Shown here: piece after piece, positions 1-7,711 of the stretch
Numbering within the stretch: the stretch's first letter is position 1
Layout: every line of letters starts with the position of its first letter
NCBI RefSeq assembly: GCF_006345805.1
Contig: NW_021828614.1
Span: 1-7,992, forward strand
Length of the DNA stretch: 7,992 nt
From: Octopus sinensis
Taxonomy: Eukaryota
Reading direction: 5' to 3'
Translations under genes and position numbers: made by a program
The notes under the pieces: generated by a model
Database searches by the model: none
Told to the model about the DNA's origin: nothing
The model's input: the letters and a program-made list of their open reading frames with translations, nothing else

Positions 1-62
1 TGTTCAACTAAAGGCTGTGCTCCAGCATGACGGCAGTCAAATAACTGGCACAAATAAAAGAG
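1..62 (+). mobile_element. 3' end of a family-1 SINE, truncated by the window edge
   Basis: 9-60 (taaaggctgtgctccagcatgacggcagtcaaataactggcacaaataaaag) is the reverse complement, with a few mismatches, of the family-1 3' end at about 6260-6311. Confidence 0.85.
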
Positions 63-76
63 TATATATATATATA

Positions 77-223
77 CTGATTAGAAGATCGAAAATCCAC
101 CTGAAGATTGTCGGTAGCAGACATGAAACATTTGTAGTGGCGGTTTATTTAATTTATATTAAAATTTTATGTATTGATTAAGTCTTTCCTTGTTGGTTTT
201 AAAATAGTGGTTTTGTCTCGAAT
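77..223 (+). mobile_element. Short hammerhead-bearing segment, probably a solo Penelope-like pseudo-LTR
   Basis: Unique 147-bp segment between (TA)n tracts (63-76 and 224-265), containing a minimal type I hammerhead followed by an AT-rich tail. Penelope-like element pLTRs are known to carry minimal hammerheads. The family assignment is inferred. Confidence 0.55.
97..140 (+). ncRNA. Minimal type I hammerhead ribozyme motif (HHR-1)
   Basis: Stem I CCAC(97-100)/GTGG(137-140); core CTGAAGA(101-107); stem II TGTC(109-112)/GACA(120-123) with a U-U mismatch at its base; GAAA(125-128); short stem III AC-attt-GT; GUA triplet with predicted cleavage after 136. Confidence 0.75.

Positions 224-265
<42 letters not shown>
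224..265. repeat. (TA)n microsatellite
   Basis: Directly visible. Confidence 0.95.
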
Positions 266-273
<8 letters not shown>

Positions 274-658
274 TCCTTTTCCTTTCTTTACTTGTTTCAT
301 GCTGGAGCACCACCTTAGTCGAGCAAATCGACACCGGACTTATTCTTTGTAAGCCCAGTACTTATTCTATCGGTCCTCTTTGCCGAACCGCTAAGTTACG
401 GGGACGTAAACACACACCAGCATCGGTTGTCAAGCAATGCTCGGGGGACAAACACAGACACACACACACATACATATATATATATACATATATACGACAG
501 ACTTCTTTCAGTTTCCGTCTACCAAATCCACTCAGAAGGCATTGGTCGGCCCGGGGCTATAGCAGAAGACACTTGCCCAAGATGCCACGCAGTGGGACTG
601 AACCCGGAACCATGTGGTTGGTTAGCAAGCTACTTACCACACAGCCACTCCTGCGCCT
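266..658 (-). mobile_element. Near full-length family-1 tRNA-derived SINE
   Basis: The minus strand starts aggcgcaggagtggctgtgtggt. A-box-like TGGCTGTGTGGT (647-636), B-box-like GGTTCAGTCCC (604-594), internal (TG)/(TA) microsatellite (452-494), A-rich tail (266-290). Colinear and highly similar to 6252-6658. Confidence 0.92.
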
Positions 659-673
659 ATATATATATATATA

Positions 674-720
<47 letters not shown>

Positions 721-740
721 TATATATAATAATATATATA
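659..740. repeat. Interrupted (TA)n microsatellite
   Basis: Directly visible. Confidence 0.95.
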
Positions 741-900
741 ACGGGAAGGTTTACGAAAATAAACAAAAGACGAAGGCAGGTGAAGAACAAACAAACAATT
801 GTATTAGTATAGCGCTCAGGAATAGAAATAGAACAAGTCTTTTACCTTTCGAGCCTACGCTCTTCGACAGAAAGATACACAGAAAAGAAACAAGGAGAGA
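741..900 (-). mobile_element. Penelope-like terminal segment containing a degenerate hammerhead
   Basis: The minus strand carries a hammerhead-shaped motif (838-875) followed by a T-rich tail running into (TA)n, the same architecture as 77-223. The family assignment is inferred. Confidence 0.5.
838..875 (-). ncRNA. Degenerate minimal type I hammerhead motif (HHR-2)
   Basis: Minus strand: TCTTT | CTGTCGA-A | GAGC-gtag-GCTC | GAAA | GGTA | AAAGA. Perfect 5-bp stem I and 4-bp stem II. Deviations: A6>U, an extra A after A9, and AGGT where a palindromic ACGT would be expected. Confidence 0.5.
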
Positions 901-1014
901 GATCATATGAGTCCATCTCGCTTGCTGTAGTGAGCTGTCCGTCTTGCCAGCCGTTAGATAAGTGCTCTCATTTCTAGCAATGCTTGTGCTCACTTTAGTG
1001 ACGACTATGCCTGT

Positions 1015-2241
1015 GCCTTTCGGTTGTAAATTGCGAAAAACAATCTGAATAATAACAATTATATATATGGTTATGGTATATTTTGTGAAGAGCGTAGTAG
1101 AGTACAGTATGAAACTCGTCCACCTTCAGATTTTACCCTGTGCTACCCAGTATTCGTAGTACTATAGGAGCTCCCAGGTTTGTGTTTGGTCTTCTGTAGT
1201 GTGTAAATAGACAATTGAAAAAATTTGGAGTCACCACGGAGGCCACATCGAATGTTATATTTTAGAATATTCTATGAGGATCGGTGTAATTTTGGAATCT
1301 GAATGCTTCCTCGGGCAGGTGTGCATCTTAGTATGCGTAGCTCTGTTCACCCACCGGAGAACGACAATGTCTCTACCGTATGTTCCTCAAATATATATAG
1401 GCCCTTGACAAATGCCGTCGTCTTTCTTCACGGCGATTCTTTGGGGTATATTCTGCCTCGTAATAGACGGTGATGATTACTCAAGTTCATTCGTGCATTG
1501 GTGATATGAAATTGAGGACCTTTTTATGTTTGAGAGAGATTACAGGCTCAACGAAGTCACATGCAAGGTACCAGGACATATCTCATGTTATATTTGGAAG
1601 CTTTCGTGGCTCAATAGTGGGCAAAGTACACTGCACTGCATTAATGTTTAATCACAGAGATACCCAGCTAGAAATATAGGCTCTATCGATGCTTATTTAC
1701 GGAGAAAGATTCGCAGCAGCGCGGCGAGATGCAATGCAAATCTTCTGCGCCAGCTTAAAGAAAAAAATTAAGTTATCTTCAATGTGATCGTTTGTCATTA
1801 TTTTATCGTATTTTCACCGAAGAAACCAACTATTTTATCGCACAGACAATACAGAAACAAACCCATTTCATCGTTGTTATCTTGTTTCACACGAGTAAGA
1901 TATCTTCCAGGCGGGTAAATAAATTCATCAAAGGTCTCTGCTGAATTATCCTTTAACAGAGGTGCGTTGATTCGTATTCATCAAATTGTTGATTATATTA
2001 ACATCTCATGTGTGAGAATTGCTTGCAGTAATACGTAATTTCAAGGAGTCAATACCAAGCCATAGTCGCTTTTCACACTTCAGATGATGTCGACTAACCA
2101 AGTAGGTGGATTCGCCATTTACAGCAAATGACATCATCCATCTCGTCTCAATACGCTTGAGCGCAGAGCACTTGTATTCTCAACTATTTTTACCATTCAT
2201 TTAATCTTTTCTAGTGTTTCACTCGTTGGATTGCGGCCAGG
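1015..2241 (-). pseudogene. Possible heavily decayed Penelope-like RT/endonuclease ORF remnant
   Basis: By-eye motif resemblances occur in the expected order across several frames with many stops: PGR (2241-2233); YYCKQFSHMR...RPLMNLFTRLEDILLV* (2033-1887, resembling Y.Q..G.AMG...P..W.RYIDDIF.IW); FLAGY (1674-1660); HYRRPNTNLG (1201-1172); NLQPKG (1032-1015). Each match is weak and several spacings are too short. Confidence 0.25.
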
Positions 2242-2351
2242 GTGGGGGTACGGTATGACAGCGCGTTTAATCGTACAGCTCGACACCAATATATTTTATT
2301 TTATTTCATTTTATATTTTCAAGTTATATTATTATTTCTTTTTGTATATTC

Positions 2352-2900
2352 TGCTGAACTAATGTGTTATAGGGTCACAAACAAACCATCACCGGTTGTC
2401 AAACAAAAGGGAGGCAAACAGACAGCCATGCACACTCAATAGACACATACAAAGAGAGAGAGAGAGAGGCACATACCTACATTGGTTATATACTAAGAGC
2501 TTCCGCACAGTTTCCCTGTATCATGATTCACTCACGAGGCACTGTTTGGACTGGACTATAATAAAAGACACGGCCCATGTTGCTCCGCAGGGGAACTGAT
2601 ATCAAAATGTTATCGTCTACGAAATCCATTCACAGGGCATTTGTCCATTCTTCCATTATTCGGACCGGGGCTTTTAACAGTGGAAAACACTTGCTCAAAG
2701 TGGATGCGAAACCACATGCTCTCGCCCACCAATTCCATTCAGAAAGCACTGTTCCATTATTCTTCGGCCCAGAGCTGCAATAGTAGGAAACACTTTCTAA
2801 ATGCAGCGAGCGATGGGAAATCAAGAAATTGCGAAGCGAAACCACGAGAAACTACGAGATTGCAATTAGAACTTCTTAACCGCACAACGATGCCTCCGAT
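2352..2900 (-). mobile_element. Old, diverged family-1 SINE with about three tandem copies of its central ~100-120 bp
   Basis: 2352-2430 aligns by eye with 401-470 and 2488-2610 with 490-615. The segment 'aaatccactcacaaggc...gacacttgcccaa' recurs at about 2614-2720 and 2728-2845. 2868-2898 resembles the 5' head (630-656). Confidence 0.65.
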
Positions 2901-3137
2901 TTTGAATAATTACCATAAAATTATCGAAGGCAATTATCGATCAACTGATACTAAAGTCACAACATATCAGCATTGTATGATTTTGTGGACTTAGCAAAGC
3001 TTTCAAAGTCAGCAATCAAACATGGCGGACATAATATTTCACCTTTCTAGCGTTTATTCTTTTTTTTTTTCTTCGATTACTACCAATCAGATTAATATCA
3101 TGGCAGCTTAACTTTTTGTTTTTATTGTCGTCATCGC

Positions 3138-3191
3138 TGTTGTTGTTGTTGTTTTCTTTTCCTAGTTGTTGTTGTTGTTATGGTAGTTGTT
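3138..3191. repeat. Interrupted (GTT)n microsatellite
   Basis: Directly visible. Confidence 0.85.
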
Positions 3192-3356
3192 GAATTTTTC
3201 TTTTGTTTTTGGTTTTGTGATTGCGTGTACGTTTTTCTTTTTACCTTCTGGCCTATGTTATCCATTTCCGGTCAATGCATTTTGCGATCGAACTGACATT
3301 TTCATAAACTTTAATTATTTACTTCAAAGTGATTCGGTCGGCAATTGAAGGATTAG

Positions 3357-3386
3357 CAACAACAAAAACAACAACAACAACAAAAG
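3357..3386. repeat. (CAA)n microsatellite
   Basis: Directly visible. Confidence 0.9.
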
Positions 3387-3437
3387 CAATAATTCTCTTC
3401 ATCGTCATCATCACTCACAGAAGCACCATCGACACTT

Positions 3438-3449
3438 TTGTTGTTGTAG

Positions 3450-3481
<32 letters not shown>

Positions 3482-3588
3482 CTTCTTCTTCTTCTTCTTC
3501 TTATTATTATTATTATTATTATTATATTATTATTATTATTATTATCATCATCATCATCATCATCGTCATCATTATCTTCATCATCATT
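3438..3588. repeat. Compound trinucleotide microsatellite (TTG)n(TTC)n(TTA)n(TCA)n
   Basis: Directly visible. It is the source of the poly-V/L/I/S ORF and its reverse-strand counterpart. Confidence 0.95.
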
Positions 3589-3808
3589 AGTAAGGCGGTA
3601 AGCTGGCAGTATCGTTAGCACGCCGGGCCAACCGGTCAGCGGTATTTCGTCTGCTGCTGCGATCTGAGTTCTAATTCCACCGAGGTCGACTTTGCCTTTC
3701 ATCCTTTCGGGTTCGATAAATTAAGTACGAGAGTAACCCTGGGGTCGATTGAATCGACTAGTCCTCTCCCTCAAAAGTCCAGACCTTATACCTATTAGAG
3801 AAAGGGAT
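3589..3808 (+). mobile_element. Family-2 tRNA-derived SINE, tail type b, full length
   Basis: Head aaggcggtaagctggcagtatcgttagcacg with A-box-like TGGCAGTATCG and B-box-like GAGTTCTAATTCC (3666-3678). The body gactttgcctttcatcctttcgg matches the reverse complement of 4616-4645. Followed by a (TTA)n tail. Confidence 0.88.
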
Positions 3809-3827
3809 GTTATTATTGTTGTTGTTG

Positions 3828-3875
<48 letters not shown>

Positions 3876-3894
3876 TATTATTATTATTATTATT
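3809..3894. repeat. (TTG)n/(TTA)n microsatellite, probably an expanded SINE tail
   Basis: Directly visible, immediately 3' of the SINE. Confidence 0.92.
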
Positions 3895-4220
3895 GCATAC
3901 AGTTTTTCGAGATCAGTGACGAAAAGTTACTGGAAAAACGATATAAGTATTTGCATTGGGACCCCCTTCATCGACAACCGGTGACTACCGTACGCTGAAG
4001 ACAGGCAAATACCTAGCAACTGCAGTCCGTGCGTACCACTTAGGTTGACGAGGGAGGGATGAGCTCCCTTTGCAAATACCATAAGGGCACAGAAAGTGTG
4101 CTTAAAGCCAGTTGGAGACGATGTTCTCCTGGGGCTACAAGCTACAGTAACACCCACCCTCAGTGGCTAGCCATATTGAGATGGCTAGTATACCTTACAT
4201 ATTATTATTATTATTATTAT
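3895..4220 (+). mobile_element. Unidentified ~300-bp structured element with a hammerhead motif and an (ATT)n tail
   Basis: Unique GC-richer segment bounded by (TTA)n on both sides. Contains HHR-3 and several hairpins: 3900-3932; GGGAG/CTCCC about 4052-4068; GGAGA/TCTCC about 4114-4129; CTAGCCAT/ATGGCTAG 4167-4188. Mobility is inferred. Confidence 0.45.
3989..4033 (+). ncRNA. Type I hammerhead ribozyme motif with one core substitution (HHR-3)
   Basis: Stem I CGTACG(3989-3994)/CGTGCG(4028-4033) with one G-U pair; CTGAAGA(3995-4001); stem II AGG/CCT with a C-A mismatch at its base; GCAA (4016-4019) instead of GAAA; palindromic stem III ACTGCAGT (4019-4026); GUC triplet with predicted cleavage after 4027. 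Confidence 0.65.
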
Positions 4221-4221
4221 C

Positions 4222-4326
4222 ACGAAAGTACGAAAAGCAGGGTTTTAATTCAGGGCGTAAAAAGTCGGAACGTAGATTACCAAGAATTTTTTCCAGCTCT
4301 CTAACTATTCTGCCAGCTCGCTGCTT
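4222..4326 (-). mobile_element. Diverged 5' fragment of a family-2 SINE
   Basis: The minus strand reads aagcagcgagctggcagaatagttag...ttacgccctgaattaaaacc, similar to the family-2 head (aaggcggcgagctggccgaatcgttag...ttacgttcggagttcaaattcc). Confidence 0.65.
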
Positions 4327-4329
4327 TTG

Positions 4330-4812
4330 TAAGAATGGATTCGATTTCAACCCTAGGGTACCAGTTTTGAGGGGAGGATGTTAGTCGATACCATTGCCCC
4401 CTAATATTTGACAGATATTTCATTGCACCGACATCCGTGGGGAGAATAATAAAATAACCATCGAGCGGTTTGAACTCAGAATATGAACAACTTGAACAAA
4501 TACCTATTTCTTTACTACCCTCAAGGGGCTAAACACAGAGAGGACGAACAAGGACATACAAACGGATTAAGTCGTTTATATCGACCCCATTGCGTAATTG
4601 GTACTTATTTAATCGACCCCGAAAGGATGAAAGGCGAAGTCGACCTCGGCGGAATTTGAACTCCGAACGTAACGGCAGACGAAATACAGCAAAGCATTTC
4701 GCTCGGCGTGCTAACGATTCGGCCAGCTCGCCGCCTTTACTAACAACTTGAACAAATACCGCAAGGTATTTTATTCAATGCCGCACCGAATCCGTCAGCT
4801 TGTTGCATTCGC
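4330..4812 (-). mobile_element. Old family-2b SINE (host), interrupted by a younger SINE
   Basis: Removing 4505-4760 leaves a continuous element: A-box region 4786-4800, B box 4467-4480, and body/tail 4365-4477 (113 nt), colinear with 3666-3776 (111 nt) and sharing tcgacta...ccctcaaaa. Confidence 0.72.
4505..4741 (-). mobile_element. Young full-length family-2 SINE, tail type a, with a 19-bp TSD
   Basis: A-box-like TGGCCGAATCG (4725-4715) and B-box-like GAGTTCAAATTCC (4663-4651). Flanked by an exact direct repeat AACAACTTGAACAAATACC at 4486-4504 and 4742-4760. Confidence 0.93.
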
Positions 4813-4814
4813 GC

Positions 4815-4840
4815 TAATAACAATAATAATAAGAAGAAGA
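4815..4840. repeat. Short (AAT)n(AAG)n tract
   Basis: Directly visible, abutting the 5' end of the host SINE. Confidence 0.8.
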
Positions 4841-5750
4841 CAAATTGAGATTGATGCCAGGAAGTATAACCTCACACGATTCGTGATTGTTAGAACACGC
4901 CATATAAAGAAAGTCAAACTTTTCTAATCCGAGAGCAAGTGTTAGCTGATAAATACGTGTCGAAAAAGAAGAAGTATAGAGATTTGGAAGCCTTTGAGCT
5001 CCGGATAGGCGAATGAATATGTCAATTGTTTCACTTACCTGTGGGAGATATTAAACATGTGATTAGCATCTGTCAGCAAATGTCACCAAGCGATTGCATT
5101 CCTGTACGGAAAGATATTAGAGCTAAAACAATAAACAGAACCTGCTATAGTCTGATATTGTTCAGAGATAGAAATAATATATCACTGTGGACATTCGGTG
5201 CCGACAGATATTAAGGTTTTGTTCGATATTAATTAGAATATAATAGCGGAATACAATGAAAGATACACATTTTACACACAAAATTGATGCCATATTTCAT
5301 TATGCTACTAAATAACTGAAGTTCAAATATAGTAGTTTTTTTGTGTTTTGTTTTTTTCTAAAGCAAATAATGAGTTTATGTGAGTGGCATTTCGCAAAAA
5401 TCAATCTCAAAATGAAACTGTTAAAATATGCAAGAATTTTCTAAACTTACGTACCATATTTGATGGCATATAAAAAGGACGTTATTTTCCCAAAATATCA
5501 CCCTCGGTTCTCTATGCAAAATTGGCTCTATATTACATGCTGTAATTTTGTTAAGACTATTAATATTGAATATGCGCTGCTGATATGGATTGCGACTATT
5601 ATGTGTCAGTTCGTTGTCTCTGTTATCAAATACGGTATTGATTATTTACAAGTTATTGTTTATATAACAATGGTAGAACTTTTAGCATGGAGATTTCACA
5701 TAATTTAAAGAGATAGATAGAAAAATACTTCAATGAAGACATTCAAACTG

Positions 5751-5804
5751 ATATATATATATATTCATGCATGTGTGTACAGATACATATATATATATAT
5801 ATAC

Positions 5805-5836
<32 letters not shown>
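5751..5836. repeat. Interrupted (TA)n/(TG)n microsatellite
   Basis: Directly visible. Confidence 0.92.
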
Positions 5837-5838
<2 letters not shown>

Positions 5839-6150
5839 AATATACATTGACGCGAACACATATACAATGCTGTTGACATACTTGCATATCAAATTAACAA
5901 GTACATCTATCTCATAAACAAAGTAATCGATTTATACACAATCACATATACATTGTACACTCGCTAATCAATTCATATATCCGCAAAAGCCAAAAAACCG
6001 TCTCGACGTCAAAGAAATATCCTCGTCCGTTTCTTTAATAACCGGTTCGACTTCTACAAAGGGAGTTTGTTCAATAATTTCTCAAGGAAAAAAAACAGAG
6101 ACATACCTATATATATGCCTACATAGATACATACATTCTTACACACATAC

Positions 6151-6238
6151 CCCGAGTTCAGTCCCACTGTACGGCAACCAGAGTAAGTGCCCTCTACTAT
6201 GGCGGTACCAAAGTATGCGTTATTTGATTTCCACAGAC
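6151..6238 (+). mobile_element. Diverged internal fragment of a family-1 SINE, starting at the B box
   Basis: cccgagttcagtcccactgtacggcaaccagagtaagtgccctctactat matches the reverse complement of 6555-6607. Confidence 0.75.
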
Positions 6239-6251
6239 TCTCTCTCTCTGT

Positions 6252-6658
6252 CTTTTACTCTTTTACTTGTTTCAGTCATTTGACTGCGGCCATGCTGAAG
6301 CACCGCCTTTAATCGAGCAATTCGACCCCGGGACTTATTCTTTCTGTAAGCCCAGTACTTATTCTATCGGTCTCATTTGCCGAACCGCTAAGTAACGGGG
6401 ACATAAACACACCAGCATCGGTTGTCAAGCAATGCTAGGGGGACAAACACACTCACACAAACACACACGCACACATACATATGTATACATATATACGATG
6501 AGCTTCTTTCAGTTTCCGTCTACGAAATCCACTCACAAGGCTTTGGTCGGCCCGAGGCTATAGTAGAAGACACCTGCCCAAGGTGTCACGCAGTGGGACT
6601 GAACCCGGAACCATGTGGTTGGTAAGCAAGCTACTTACCACACAGCCACTCCTGCGCT
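6252..6658 (-). mobile_element. Full-length family-1 tRNA-derived SINE
   Basis: Same A/B boxes and internal microsatellite (6446-6496) as 266-658. Intact 3' hairpin CAGTC-aaat-GACTG (6273-6286) and a short (GTAAAAGA)2 tail. No clear TSD. Confidence 0.93.
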
Positions 6659-6857
6659 TGTGAAGAGTTCCTGTAATGTGTGAAATTACATTTTGGTTGT
6701 TACCAAAATTTGTTTTCTTTTCGTTTAGAATACGAGTCTCCTATTTCCTTCCAAATAAGTAATTAATCTAGCTACAGAAAGCTGATTACGGCAAACGTTT
6801 TTGTTTTGTTGTCACGTTGGCTTCTGTTCAATGGATTACGACTTTGGAGCTGCATAA

Positions 6858-7086
6858 GCAGACACACGCACACACGCCGTACACACGTAAACACACACAC
6901 ACTACATGCGCAAGACAGCTACACATAAATACATATATGGATCATACATACACAGAGACAAACATACATACGCACATACACAGAAAAACAGATCATGCAT
7001 ATATATATATATATGCATATATAATGTATAAATATATATACATACATATATATACCTATATATATACATGTATATATATATATAGA

Positions 7087-7132
<46 letters not shown>

Positions 7133-7149
7133 CATACATAATGTATATT

Positions 7150-7186
<37 letters not shown>

Positions 7187-7468
7187 GTGTATCTTTGTAA
7201 GCGTATATGTATATATACGTTCATACATACTAGCATAACTACACACACATCACAACACACACACAAGCACAAATATGATATATATATATATATAGATATA
7301 ATATAGAGAGAGAGAGAAAGGGCGAGAGAGGGATAGATAGAGAGACAACTATATACATACTCACGAACATACATAAACATAGATACATACATGACTCACA
7401 AGTAAACGCACACATGAACACCTATGCACACTCATATACATTCACACATACATATATGCACACATACA
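6858..7468. repeat. Long complex (CA)n/(TA)n/(GA)n low-complexity tract
   Basis: Directly visible. It is the source of the YI/HT-rich ORFs. Confidence 0.92.
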
Positions 7469-7711
7469 GTTATAAATACATTTTTACTGTTTTACAGGAC
7501 AAATTCAATGAAAATTGAAAAAATAAAACAATACATTATTTTTCGGAAAACAAATTTATTTTGAATGAAAATTTTAAGTGAGAAAAAGTATATTTGCCAT
7601 AATACAGTGTAACTAGAAAATATCAGGACGCATTATTTTCACTTCACTATACAGAAGACGTGTGTCCTCGTGGTTTTCGTTTTGGTTTAAATTCGTAGAA
7701 TGAGCAGGAAG

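Noticed and set aside
585-658. tRNA genes (also 3592-3680, 4650-4738, 6585-6658)
   Set aside because: A/B-box-like motifs are present, but no convincing cloverleaf, and all continue into SINE bodies.
1081-1125. Fourth hammerhead-like string GTGAAGA...GAAACTCGTC
   Set aside because: C3 is missing, stem II barely pairs, and there is no stem I.
3589-4033. SINE Pol III promoter driving read-through into HHR-3
   Set aside because: A T5 run at 3903-3907 would be expected to terminate Pol III before the ribozyme.
4039-4086. TTGACGA-GGGAG/CTCCC followed by the palindrome TTTGCAAA
   Set aside because: There is no GAAA after the stem, so it does not fit the hammerhead core. Kept only as a hairpin.
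4505-4741. 7-nt repeat CTTTACT at both ends of the young SINE (4510-4516, 4735-4741) as a templated 5' addition
   Set aside because: The other full-length copy also starts AGTAAGGCGG (3589-3598), so it is probably part of the normal 5' end or chance.
4486-4760. CRISPR-like direct repeats
   Set aside because: Only two copies, flanking a SINE: this is a target-site duplication in eukaryotic DNA.
4845-5750. AT-rich unique stretch including ORF 5460-5708
   Set aside because: No recognisable motif, repeat, structure or protein similarity by eye.
174-7421. All ORFs in the supplied track
   Set aside because: They consist of microsatellite translations (YI, HT, poly-V/L/I/S) or antisense SINE sequence, or are short with no recognisable domain. 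427-714 and 6422-6625 resemble each other only because both lie in family-1 SINEs.
7625-7700. Possible small exon (acceptor tatacag, then DVCPRGFRFG)
   Set aside because: No good donor, an in-frame stop follows, and there is no supporting homology.
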